From Prorocentrum cordatum (taxonomy: Eukaryota), in contig CAUYUJ010000214.1 in NCBI GenBank assembly GCA_963575745.1, positions 248,001 through 312,000 of the forward strand: a DNA stretch of 64,000 nt, written 5' to 3'. The position numbers were made by a program, and so were the translations under genes. Position 1 is the stretch's first letter, and every line of letters begins with the position of its first letter. Positions 1-11,394 of the stretch are shown in pieces. Under the pieces are notes generated by a model. The model saw only the letters and a list, made by a program, of their open reading frames with translations, was not told the origin of the DNA and did not search any database.

Positions 1-269
1 TAATCGCTTCGCTCATTTCGCCGGCCCTGGAGCGCTATTTGGGGCCTCTTGGGGCCGTCTTGGGGCTTCTTGGGGGCTTCTTGGGAGCGTCTTGGGGCTC
101 CTTGGCGGCGTATTGGGATCCCCTGGGGCTTCTTGGGGGGCTCTTGGGGGCCCCTTGGAGCGGGAGGGGGGCAGTCGATTGCAGCCCCCCCCCCTCGGAG
201 GCCACGTTCCTCGTGAGGGGTGGCGAAAAATAGTCTCCCCCCTGGGGATCGCCCAGGGACCAGCCCGGG

Positions 270-690
270 ATCCTGCAAGCTCTTGTTCGACAGGTCGGCA
301 GGGGCGGACTCGGCAGCTTGGGCCTCTGCCAAAGAGCGCTCGCAACTCAACAAGGGCCAGAGACTCATTAACCACGCCTCGCTTCTCGAAGATAGCCAGG
401 GCTGGTCGTGGGTGAACTTGTCCTCGTCGGCCCACTCCTGCACGGACTGCTGCTGAGCGTTCGGCGGGCTGGCCCGACGTCCGAGGTGGCCCCCGACTCC
501 ACTGCCCCTGCGGCGCCCGCACTTGCCCGGTCTTGGGGTGCCGGCGCTGCTGGCTGAGGGTGTGCCAGGGGGCCTTTTCGCCGCACTGCGTGCGCTCCGA
601 GCGGGAGCCGAAGTTCTGGGAGCGGCACGCCGGGGCGCGGCACGTCCACGTCTTGATGTGGGTCGCCTGTCCGTGGCTTGTCATGAGCGG
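270..690 (-). pseudogene. Degenerate RanBP2-type zinc-finger coding fragment, possibly a retroelement ORF1 remnant
   Basis: ORF 13..684(-) contains WTCRAPACRSQNFGSRSERTQC, matching W-x-C-x(2-4)-C-x3-N-x6-C-x2-C with the third Cys replaced by R. Confidence 0.4.
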
Positions 691-780
691 ATTGCTGAAA
701 GCTGGCTCTGGCCCGCTGCGCCACTTCCAAGTGCGCGGACCAAAAGGTTTGCTAGAATCAGCTCGAAACCTGGAAATGGC

Positions 781-1403
781 AAGGAGGAAGAGGAGGATGA
801 GGAGGAGGAGAAGGAGGAGGAGGGGGAGGATGAGTAGAAGAAGGAGGAGGAGGAGGGGGCGGAGGAGGCGGAGGAGGCGGAGGAGGAGGAGGAGGGAGGA
901 TGAGGAGGACTGGGGAGGGATGAGAGGAGGAAGGAGGAAGGGGGGAGGAGGGAGGAGGGAGGAGGAGAAGGGAGGAGGGAGGAGGGAGGAGGGAGGAAGG
1001 GAGGGAACGAGGGAGGGAGGGGGGGAGGGAGGAGGAGGAGGAGGAGAAGGATGTGGAGGAGGAGGATGACCAGGATGAGGATGAGGATGAGGATGTGGAT
1101 GAGGACGAGGATGAGGATACGGATGGGGATGAGGATGAGGATAATGTTGATGCTGATGATGAATATGCTGCTGATGGTGATGATGCTGTTGATGATGCTG
1201 ACGATGATGCTGCTGATGATGATGCTGCTGATGATGATGATGATGATGATGCTGACGATGCTGATGATGATGCTGCTGATGATGATGCTGATGTTGATGA
1301 TGCTGCTGATGAGGATGACGATGACGATTCTGATGACGATGCTGATGCTGCTGCTGCTGCTGATGATGATGCTGCTGATGATTATGATGAGGATGCTGAT
1401 GAC

Positions 1404-1437
<34 letters not shown>

Positions 1438-2557
1438 CTGATGATGATGCTGCTGCTCACATCATAATGGTGCAGATGCTGATGCTGATGATTACTATGA
1501 AGCTGATGCTGATGATGATGCTGATGCTGATGATGACAACGATGATAACGACGATTATAACGATGATACTGCTGATGATGCTGATGATGATGCTGATACT
1601 GCTGATGATGGTGATGTTGCTGATGCTGCTGATGATGATGTTCATGATGCTGATGATGATGCTAATGATGACGATGATGATGCTGCTGATGATGATGCTG
1701 CTGCTGATTTTGATGATGATGCTGATGCTGATGATGCTGCTGACGATGATGATGATGCTGATGATGATGCTGACGATGCTGATGATGATGCTGCTGCTGA
1801 TGATGATGCTGCTACTCATAATGCTGCTGATGATGATGACGATGCCGATTATGATGACGATGCTGATGCTGCTGCTGATGATGCGGATGACGATGATGAA
1901 GATGCTGAAGCTGATGATGCTGATGATGCTGCTGCTGTTCATGATGATGGTGCTGAAGCTGATGCTGATGATTATTATAAAGGTGATGATGGCGCTGATG
2001 ATGATGATTCCGACGATGTTAACGATGATGCTGCTGATGATGCTGCTGCTGATGCTGATAATGCTGATGCTGACTATGTTGCTGATGCTGATGATGATGC
2101 TGATGCTGACGCTGCTGATGATGCTGATGATGATGCTTCTGCGGATGATGGTGATGCTGATGATGCTGCTGATGATGCTGCTGATGGTGATGAGGCTGCT
2201 GATGGTGATGATGATGCTGATGACGATGATGATGCTGATGCTGATGCTGATGCTGATGATGATGCTGCTGATGATACTGCTGCTGATGCTGATGCTGATG
2301 ATGATGCTGATGATGATGCTGATGCTGATGATCATGCTGCTGATGAGGATGATGATGATGATGATGATGACGATGATGATGATGATGATGATGATGGTGC
2401 TAATGATGATGACGATGATACTGCTGCTGCTGATGATGATGCTGATGATGATGATTCTGCTGATGATGATGATGATTATGATGATGATTATGCTGATGAT
2501 GATGATGATGACGATGATGATGATGATGCTGATGATGATGATGATGCTGACGATGCA

Positions 2558-2591
<34 letters not shown>

Positions 2592-2597
2592 CTGATT

Positions 2598-2640
<43 letters not shown>

Positions 2641-2641
2641 C

Positions 2642-2708
<67 letters not shown>

Positions 2709-3125
2709 CTGATGCTGATGCTGCTGCTGCTGCTGATGCTGCTGCTGCTGAGGAGGAGGAGGAGGAGGAGGAGGAGGAGGAGGAGGAGGGAGGAGTGGTG
2801 GTGGTGGTGTGGTGGTGGTGGGTGGTGGTGATGATGATGAGGAGGAGGCGGCGGGAAGGTGAGGAGGAGGATGAGGAGGGGACGGTGAGGAGGAGGAGGA
2901 GGAGGAGGAGGAGGAGGAGGAGGAGGAGGAGGAGGAGGAGGAGGAGGACGAGGAGGAGGAGATGGAGGAGGAGGAGGAGGAGGAGGAGGAGGAGGAGGGA
3001 GGAGCGAGGAGGAGGAGGAGGAGGAGGAGGAGGAGGAGGAGGAGGAGGAGGAGGAGGGAGGAGGAGGAGGAGGAGGGAGTCGGAGCACGAGGAGGAGGAG
3101 GAGGTTGTGGTGGTGGTGGTGGTGG
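781..3125. repeat. Compound microsatellite: (GAG)n, ~1.65 kb degenerate (GAT/GCT)n, then (GAG)n/(GGT)n
   Basis: Visible trinucleotide runs; source of the poly-D/M/E/R ORFs. Confidence 0.97.
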
Positions 3126-4045
3126 TGAAGCGATATCGGGCGGGCCGAATGTCTTGTCAAGACCACATAGCTGTGAGCGTGGGCAACATGCAGCCACGCG
3201 CGACCGATGGTGCGCAGGCAATGCGACTTAGCACAGCCCGCCCCCCAGACGAGGTGGAGCCCCAATTTGTCATTGCTCGACCCCGGGATCGAGGCTACCA
3301 CGAATTTCGCACAAGCGAGTCGCTGAGGCTCGGGGCCCAGGGCCCAACTCAAAAACTGATAGCGTAGGCTACAAGGTCCTTGAAGGAGGGGGGGGACGAG
3401 GAAGGAGGCCTCGAAGGAGGAGGAGGAGGAGGAGCGGGAAAGGCAACAGCAGCGGCGGCACACGGGGCCTCCGCGAACAGGGGCGTCACGGGCACGTCCC
3501 TCTCACCTGACGCTGAGGCTCGTGCCGTCGGCTCCACTCTCCTCATACACGTCGGCGGAGCAGAACTCTGTCTCTGGAATCCCGTCGTGGCGGAAATCGG
3601 TGCCGACGTGGTAACCCTCCTCATAGTCACCTGTGAAGCAGTACTGGTCATCTGCAAACTAGAACTGGGACTCTGAAAACTCGAATTTAGTGGTCGCGTA
3701 GCTGCTGCCACTAGTGCCCGCACGATGCCCTTCTCATCCTGCACGCTTCTATCCCTCGGAGCCCCCGGCACGATGCCCACATCATCCTGCCCTCGAGTCT
3801 CGTCGGATCCGCAAAACTGCGACGACCTGGATTGTTCGACCTAACGCCAGCGAGCCCCCCTCCCGTCCCTCCACCAGGGTAGCGCTCAGCAGAACTCATG
3901 GCCTCCTCATCGCCCGATTCTCTCACTCGGAGGGAAAGGGAGCTGACGACCTTATCATCGCTACGGTCGGGGGTACTCGCGCGCCCGCAAAACTGCGACG
4001 GAACCTGGGCAGCCATCTCCTGGATGTGCGCTCTAACGCCCGATT

Positions 4046-4621
4046 TCACAGTTCGGGATCGTCCAGCGCCAGCTGGAGCAGCCTCTCGGTGTGCGACCTT
4101 GGAGCCATGCCAGGTCGAACTTCCCCTCCTAGCTGCACTACGCACTCCTGAAACGCCCTCTGCATGTTGGGATCCGGCAAGCTGCAGACCATCTTCGCCA
4201 GCCCTTCCTTGTATGCGCTGCTGACACGGAACCCCTTGATGAGCATCGTTGGGTCCGCGATCGAGTTCGTCTCGTCGAGGCGCTTCTGATGATCTGCCCA
4301 CTCTTTGGCGTTACGGCCTCCGACCTTCTCGCCCGCTTCGGACACACGGCGAGCCACCACCAGGAAGACTTGCACGCACGCTTGGCCCATCGTCACCTCT
4401 GGTAAAGGCTTGCTCGGGTCGCGCTGCCGCTCGTCCCTCATCCTCGCCACCTCCGTCGCGTACGCCCGCCCCGCCTGGAAGCCCGACTTGATCAGATCCG
4501 CCTCCTCGTCCATCGTGTTAGTCACGAACTCCGCCGCCAGCAGCATCCGAATGTTGAAGGACTTGCCGAGGACCGCCCTCGTGAGCACAGGGAGCAACTT
4601 CGCGCACATCTGAAGGTCCAT
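4046..4621 (-). CDS. Hypothetical helical protein downstream of the zinc fingers (frame open from 5071)
   Basis: Complex, protein-like sequence MDLQMCAKLLPVLTRAVL...GMAPRSHTERLLQLALDDPEL*; no recognised domain; start codon uncertain. Confidence 0.55.
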   Translation of the reverse strand: MDLQMCAKLLPVLTRAVLGKSFNIRMLLAAEFVTNTMDEEADLIKSGFQAGRAYATEVARMRDERQRDPSKPLPEVTMGQACVQVFLVVARRVSEAGEKVGGRNAKEWADHQKRLDETNSIADPTMLIKGFRVSSAYKEGLAKMVCSLPDPNMQRAFQECVVQLGGEVRPGMAPRSHTERLLQLALDDPEL

Positions 4622-5430
4622 GCTCGGCAACTTGGACAGCGCACCCGCTGGCAGGCCGTACGACTGCCCGACCTCTCGCCGATCGTCCCTCTGCCTTGCT
4701 GGCGCCGCAGCCGCTGCGTGGCCGCGTGGAGCCTGCGCGGGCTGCTGGTGCTGGCGTCGCTCGCCGCCTGCTGGAGCTTGGCTGCGCTGCCCGTACCGCC
4801 TGTGACCGCCACGCGCACGGGAAGCGGCTGCCGAGCCAGATCGGCCCCTTCTCGAGCCTGATCCCCCACCTCCGTGCGACCTCGAACGATGGGCGGCTGC
4901 CTCGAGTGCCTCGACTCCCAGGCGGTACATCAGGCCCAAGGCAAGTGAGGGGAACTCGAGGAGAGTGCCGACGCAGGTGAAGATAACGAGCAGCTCGATC
5001 CTCAAACGGCTCCGTACGGTTACAACACATCGCAGGGGCCCCAACGACGTTGCCCCTAGAGATCGTCGCACGGGAAAGGTCAGCCAGGGGGCACCAAAGG
5101 CTCTCGGGGTCCAGGACGGGGTGCTGGAACGGGGTGACGTACGGGGGACACCTGCCTTTCAGGACCGCCTGCACCGCATGCTCTTGAGCGATACGCCTTG
5201 TACGAAAGCTCTGCCCACAAACAAAACACTCGTTAGTCACGGTGAGGGTGTGCAGTACAGGCCTACAGGAGTGCCCACCACCTTTAGAGAACCGTTGATG
5301 GGCAAGAAGGGCACGCCTAGTCGTGAAGATCCTCCCGCAGACCGTCCCCTCCGAGTTCGGCAGGTCGCACTGCCAGATCGCCGCCCGCAGTGGGGGCACC
5401 TCGAGATCACCTTCGGGGGCCTCGTGAGGA
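4046..5430 (-). mobile_element. LINE-like 3' end: C2H2 zinc fingers followed by an overlapping extra ORF
   Basis: ORF 4518..5765(-) has CDLPNSEGTVCGRIFTTRRALLAHQRF, CFVCGQSFRTRRIAQEHAVQAVLKGRC and a third YLHLRRH finger. The architecture parallels the RT-bearing element at 8723-10915. No RT is seen in this copy. Confidence 0.55.
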
Positions 5431-6961
5431 TCAGGAGAGGGGCCATACAGCCCTACAGGAGGAGGGATAGCCACCATCAGCGTAGCAGCCCTCAAGATAC
5501 CAGGATCCAGCGCCCGAGACTGTTCCCGAATATCATGATCCAAGGAGGTGGAGCGGAGGGGGGGAAATGGCAGGTGGTGGCGGAGGATGGGGAGGGGGAG
5601 CTCATGATTTTGTGAGGGCGGCGTGCCCATGAATGTCTCGACGGCTTCTCCTCCTCTTCCCATTCCTCCTCCACCCCCCTCTCTCCTTCCTCCTGCCTCT
5701 CTCCTGGTTCTGTCGCCCCTTCTCCAAACGCCTGTTCCCAGGCGCCCGTGGCGCACCAGTGTCATTCTCGATGTGACCGTCGCATCAGTCTCTGGCCAGG
5801 GGCAGTCATTCTTGCCTCTGCGTTGCCGATTTCGAGTTGCAAGGGTGAAAGAAGTGCGTGACCAGGGTACATCAAAGACGATAATTAAGGATCACGTCGG
5901 CTTTAGGAGGGGCTATGTTTTTTTGGCCGTTCCTTAGACATGGGCTGGGGAACCCATTCGTGACCGAGGCTTGCCGTTGTCAGAAACTTCCTTTCGTTCC
6001 TTATCTGGCCTTTCCCATCGCATCACGATGGCTGCGCTCGCGAGTAGTCGTCGAACGTGCGCAGGATTTCGCGATGATGGCAGGATGATGGTAGGGCCAG
6101 GGAGCCGACCATGTTTCGGTGCCTCGCCGTCAGCGATGTTCCAGCGCCCCTCTCTCGTGGTGAGGAGAATCTGGGCGGACGGTCTCTGCCAGTCTTCGTA
6201 CTCTGGGGGCCCTCGCCAGGCCTCGGCCCCGTCAAACAACTGCTCAGGAACCCCGGCCCTGGGGAACGGGTCGGGACTGCAGGGGCTTCGGTGCCCGAAA
6301 GATCAAGACGTCGGGGTTCTGGGGGGGGAGGCGGGCAGGACGAGGTCCGGGGCGACGGCTCGCACGAGGGCGGAGAGGAAGAGACGGAGGATTACGATCG
6401 CAGAGGGAGGGGGAGGAGGAGGGGGAGGAGGAGGAGGAGGAGGAGGAGGAGGAGGAGGAGGAGGACGAGGAGGAGGAGGAGGAGGAGGAGGAGGAGGAGG
6501 ACGAGGAGGACAAGGAGGACGAGGAGGAGGACGAGGAGGAGGATGAGGGGGAGTAGGAGGGGGGAGGAACAAGAGGGCGCCAGCTATAGAGCAAGTTTCG
6601 TGTCAGCTTCCCGTCGCGCGGCTTCCCGTCGCCCTGGCATGCACTATGACAACGAGAAGTTGACCCTCCAACGGGATGATTTGAGAATGCCTCCACGCCG
6701 CGGTTACTGACCACGAGCGCCTTGTGTGGGCAGATGTCCCTCTTCGCCTTGCAGACTCCCAGACTTGTCCTGGGCTGCATCCTGGCTAGAATTTCACGGG
6801 GGATCCAGCCGTTGCCACGAGGGCGCCGCGGGAGGCCCAAGGACGCGCGGAAGCCTCGATCTTCGAGCCTCGATCCGCGAACTTCGAGCCTGGGTCCTCC
6901 GCGCAGTAGCCTCCGCGCCGAGTCCCAGGCCCAAGCCGCCGAGAGCTCAGCCCGAGAGGGC

Positions 6962-8141
6962 ATGGACGCCCGCGTCGCGCGACCACGCGACATGGCGCCG
7001 CGCCGCGCCGCGCGCGCCGCGGCTGCGGCGGCGCCAGCCGCGGCGCTGCTGGCCGGGTGGCTGCCGCCCGCGGCGGCGCGCGGCCCGTGGGCGCCGGCGC
7101 CGCGTGGCGCGGCGGCGGCGGCGGCGCTCCGGCCCGGCGAGGCGCACTGGCGGCGCCGCCGCGCCGCGGTATGCCGCAGCAGGGCGGCCGCCGATCGCTC
7201 GGCGACCTTCGGCGGCCCTCCTTCGGCCTTCGGCGGCGCTGCGGCCTGGCGAGGCGCTGGCCGCGCCGTGGACCCGGCCGCGGGGCTGCCAGACTGGCTG
7301 GCCCCGGCCGCGGCGGAGCGCCGCCTGTGGGCGCGGCCGGGCCCCTCGCGGAGGGTGTGGGGCGCGCTGCGCGGGGGCGGTGCGGCGGGCAGGACGCTCG
7401 CAGAGGCGCCGCCGGTGCGGCTGCTGGAAGGCGTAGTCGGCGCCGACGGCGCCGCAGAGCTGCGCGCGGCGGCGCTGTTCGACGCGGTGGGCCCACAGCG
7501 CCGCCGCGAGCCCGCGGGGGTGCCCGCGGCGGTGCCCGCCGCCGCGAGGCTGCGCGCACGCCTGGCGCAGGCCATGGGGCTCGAGGAGGCCTACCTGGAG
7601 CCCATGCGCATGGTGCGCTACTGCCGGCCCGGGGACACCTTCGAGCCACACGTGGACTGGACCGTGGACCCCTCGGACACACAGCTGGCGCTGCTGGGGC
7701 AGCGGGTGGCGACGGCGCTGGTGTACCTGGGGGACCTCCCCGCGGGCGCCGGCGGTGAGACCTGGTTCCCGCAGCTCGGCCTCTCCGTGGCCCCGATGGC
7801 GGGGGCGGCCCTGGTGTGGCCGAACGTGGACGCCGGGGGCAGGCCGCTGCCGGAGACGCTGCACGAGGCGCGCCCCCTCGTGGCCGAGGGCGTGGAGAAG
7901 GTTGCGGTCAACGTCTGGGCCCGGGACATCAGGGGCGGAAAAGGTACGGGTACCGCTACTCTTCCTTCGTTTTTGCCTTTTTGGGCCTCCTTCGAGGCCC
8001 TCGTCGCCACCGCTGGATTCACCTCGAAATCCTCCCCCGGAGAGGGGTCTGGGGAGTAGCCGCATCAGTAGCTCCTGGTTCGCCCAGGACAGGCCCCTGC
8101 CCACGGACGCAAAGGTCCTGTCGGGGCTCTACCTCTCGTGA
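6962..8141 (+). CDS. Prolyl 4-hydroxylase-like 2OG-Fe(II) dioxygenase; predicted exons 6962(or 6992)-7924 and 8088-8141
   Basis: Motifs LEPMRMVRY..GDTFEPHVD (HxD), GQRVATALVYL, GGETWFP, ALVWPN, LHEARP (distal His) and EKVAVNVW (2OG-binding Lys). Splicing gives a P4H-like end VWARDRPL...YLS*. Ala-rich N-terminus may be a targeting peptide. Confidence 0.88.
7925..8087 (+). other. Predicted GA-AG intron, 163 nt, phase 0
   Basis: cgg|GAcatc...gcccAG|gacagg with a junction direct repeat gccc(g/a)ggaca; removal restores a family-like C-terminus. GA donors are known in dinoflagellates. Confidence 0.65.
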
Positions 8142-8350
8142 AGGACTGGGGAGAGGGGCCCTCCGGCCGCCCGCAGGGCCCCGCGGCGGGGGGGTCGGCT
8201 CCAAGGGCGCGCTGTCCGACCGCGCAAAACCAGCCTCGCAACCGACAGTGTGGAGGGCGCCGCCAGCTGCCCACAGGCATCAGCCCATGGCCAGGCCAGT
8301 CCCGGGCCCGGGTATCGCAGGACATGCCCGCCTGGGGCGCCCCAGCGAGG

Positions 8351-8404
8351 GCCGCGTCTCTCAGGCATCGGAAGGGTACCCTTCCGATGCCTGAGAGACG
8401 CGGC
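8351..8404. repeat. Perfect 54-bp palindrome
   Basis: gccgcgtctctcaggcatcggaagggt|acccttccgatgcctgagagacgcggc. Confidence 0.95.
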
Positions 8405-8722
8405 ATGCCAGCGTTGGCATGTCTTCCCCGGCGGGAATCCGGCGGAGGGCGGCGGAGGTAAAACGGCGGCGGCTCCGCTGGCGGAAGCCAGCGGATGGCT
8501 GGCGGAAGCCGGCGGAACACATTTTTTGGGAGTGGCCCTGGGAGTTTGGAACGGGCCACCTGGCTTGGCAAGGCGCGCACGCACGCACACACACAGACAC
8601 ACACACACACACACACACTTTTAAGCGGTAGCGGCCTCGCGCGCAGCGACGAGACGGAGTAATGCACGCAAGCACGCACGCACGCACGCACGCACGCCTT
8701 CACACGCACACGCCCACATTCG

Positions 8723-10915
8723 CACAAGTTTCTAGATGACCTTCTCACGTTCACGGAAGTTGACGAATTCGATGACGCCTCCACTTTCTTGGAAATTATC
8801 AATGGTGAGATTGGGCATGGCGGCATGTACATCAACGGGCAGAAGACCGAACTTCTCCTGATACCGTCGGGGGTGGGTAGCAAGAAGAGGCAGAAGCGCA
8901 TCAGGGCTCGTACGATAGGTATTGGCACTTGGCAATGCGAAGACTGCTTCTCGATCCACCCTCAGCCGACGGTTAGTACCTAGGCGTGCAGCTGGCAGCC
9001 ACTGGCAGCTACCAGATCGAGGTGACCCACAGGATCCAAGCGGCGAGCACGGCCCACGCTAGACTACTACGACGCGCCTTTCGTAGGGGGTTTAGCCCCA
9101 AGCAGAAGATCAGACTGTGGAAATCTCTGGTGCGTTCAGTTTGCCTGTGCTGCCTGGAGGTGGCGAATCTTTCCCCAAGCGGGAGCTAGTGCGACTGGAA
9201 GCATGGCAAGTTCGCACATCCGAGGGCTACTTCATTCACCAGCACACCGCACAATAATACCAACCGCGAGATCAGGAAGTCGGCCAGAGTCTCCACCGTG
9301 GAGAGCACCATTTTGAGGAGGCGGCTGAAATGGTGGCGCCAAGTACCATGACCAGTTTTTCGTGAGTCCGCAGCAGAACTGTACGACCCGACCCGTGCTG
9401 TGCGCGCTATCATCCTTGGCAGACTCTCTTTTGAGAGTGCGACGCCGGAGGGGCCGACGGTCATGCTGGCCGTTTTGAAAGAGGACATGCGACATTTGTG
9501 TCTGACCTATAAGGCCCTCGAGCAGCTCGAATCACGACGTCGCTACCTACTGCATGGAGATTTCCCAGAACTGGCCAGGTCATGGTTAAAGTGGCTGGCC
9601 TCTTTGGGGTCGAAAGCTATCGCCGAGAGTTCACTCTTGGCGACGCTACCTCTGCGACGGAACCACCTGCTGATGTGTGGTTGGACTGTGATGTGCGTGT
9701 GTGTGTGTGTGTGTGTGTGGGGGGGGGGGAAAAGTGCAAAGGAGGGAAGGGGCTGGCCAACCACAAACGTGCCGTCCATCAGGTGCATGCGAATTCGACA
9801 GCGATGATCCTCACTGATGACTGTTTGAAACAAAAAAGATGCCCCCACTGCGCTAAACACTTCACGACGAATGATACGCTGGTCAGGCACACCATTCATG
9901 GTCGATGTACTGCCCGTCCCGAAGGCGTTGAGGCTCAAGGTGTGCCGGTGGCAGCTCCAGGCCGCGCGTTACCGCTAGCCCAGCTCGGTGCTGCAGCGGC
10001 CGGCCCAGATGTTCGAGCCCACTTGCGAGGTGCAGGCAGCGAGCAGCAGCGGCCAGGAGCGGCCGTCGGCGGCCGTGGTCGGCGCGGGCGAGGACAAGGT
10101 CGAGGGCGACGTCGTGGGGCCGCTCGGCAAGGCGCTGGCGCGACTGGCGCCGCAACGCGAAGACATGGCGAGGGCAGCCCACCGCGACGACAACTTCGTG
10201 ATGAAACTCGAGCCGATGAGCAAGCTGGAGACCGCGCTGGACCAGGCGTTTACGCACTGCGAGGACGAGGGCCGCAAAGCCAAAGAGAAGTCCAAGGAGG
10301 AAGGGGCTGTCTACATGGGCAACCCGCCGGGGAAGCGCCCAGACGCCCTGGCGAAGGCGGTGATCTTCCGCATTGCGGAGCCGGTGGGGGGACAAGAAAG
10401 AGCAGGTGATGGCGGCGGCCGAGCGGGGCTCGGGCCCGGCATGGGCCATGGAAGCGCTGGTGGCGCTGATCAGCATGGGCAGGAAGGTACAGGGCCCTGC
10501 GGCCAAGTTCGCGGTCGCGCGTTGCTGCAGCGCGAAGACAGGGCAGCCGAAGGGCGACGAGGACGTGCATGAGGACAGCGAGGTCAGGTGGATCTTCGCG
10601 CTCAACCACTGCCCAAAGTACAGGCTGGCCCTGACTGTGCTCCGCGAGAATGGCGCGCTCGCAGCTGCGGGCATTCACCTCGCACGCGACATCGCGACGA
10701 GGAGCGGGGCCGCGAAGATGGCGGAATCGCTCGCGTTCAAGGGCGGCCCGAGCAAGCAGACGGGGGGAGAGGAAGCAGAAGCGGAAGTGAGCGGGGCTAG
10801 CAGAGACAGAGTACAGAGAGTGTCGAGGTCTCGTTACTTCCCTCCACGTTCGATCCCTCCCCGTCCGGGCCGTCCCCGACCCCCTCCTGGATAGACGGCG
10901 CTCTCTAAGTAAGCA
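8723..10915 (+). mobile_element. 5'-truncated decayed non-LTR retrotransposon (RTE-like RT C-terminus, C2H2 fingers, extra 3' ORF)
   Basis: KFLDD (8726-8740), INGQKTELL, YLGVQLAATGSYQIEVTHRIQAASTAHARL, KQKIRLWKSLVRSV, RRRLKWW, and fingers ...GLANHKRAVH and CPHCAKHFTTNDTLVRHTIHGRC, with stops and frameshifts. Possible taagtaag tail near 10907. Confidence 0.8.
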
Positions 10916-11394
10916 CTTCAGTTTTGGACCTCGGGGCCCCGCCCAGTTATTTCAAGTGGTGTTGGGGCCCCGTTTTCTCGAGGTCAGTTTCCGGGCCGCT
11001 TCGCGGGGGCTGCGCGCCTCCGCCGGGGGGGGGCGGGGGGGGGGGGCGCCCCGCGGTGCGGCCCCCGCAGAGGTTAGGGTGCGCGGGCGGGGCTGCGGCG
11101 CGTCCGCCTTCGCCTCCTCGCGCCTTCCTTCCTATAGGGCGCCGTCCGACTTCGGTGTGCGCCGCGATGTTCAGCGGTTGCTTTTTTTTCATTGCCCCCG
11201 CGGAACTTCCTTGGGAGTAGGAGTGGCGTCCAACAAAAGGAAGTCGCATCGCCTCTCCAAGAGGCGACGCATTTTTTCGGGGCGGCCTTGGGCGTCTGGA
11301 ACGGGCCGCCTGGCCTGGCGAGGCGCGCGCGCAGACACGCGCGCGAGCGCTTTTGAGCGGTGGCGGCTTCGGGCGCGGCGACGAGGCGGAGTGG

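Noticed and set aside
740..790. Possible degenerate minus-strand SL relic next to (CCT)n, upstream of the zinc-finger fragment
   Set aside because: Only gccattt matches cleanly; indistinguishable from chance.
1053..2831. 592-aa poly-Asp/Met ORF and similar ORFs across 16755-26885
   Set aside because: Translations of (GAT)n microsatellite; no domain and frequent register shifts.
3500..3655. Minus-strand FADDQYC... peptide ending at a GTGAG donor
   Set aside because: FADD lacks RT context, a stop lies just upstream, and there is no other support for an exon.
6244..8104. Long antisense and alternative-frame ORFs over the dioxygenase
   Set aside because: High-GC shadow ORFs; only the frame of 6722..8059 has catalytic motifs.
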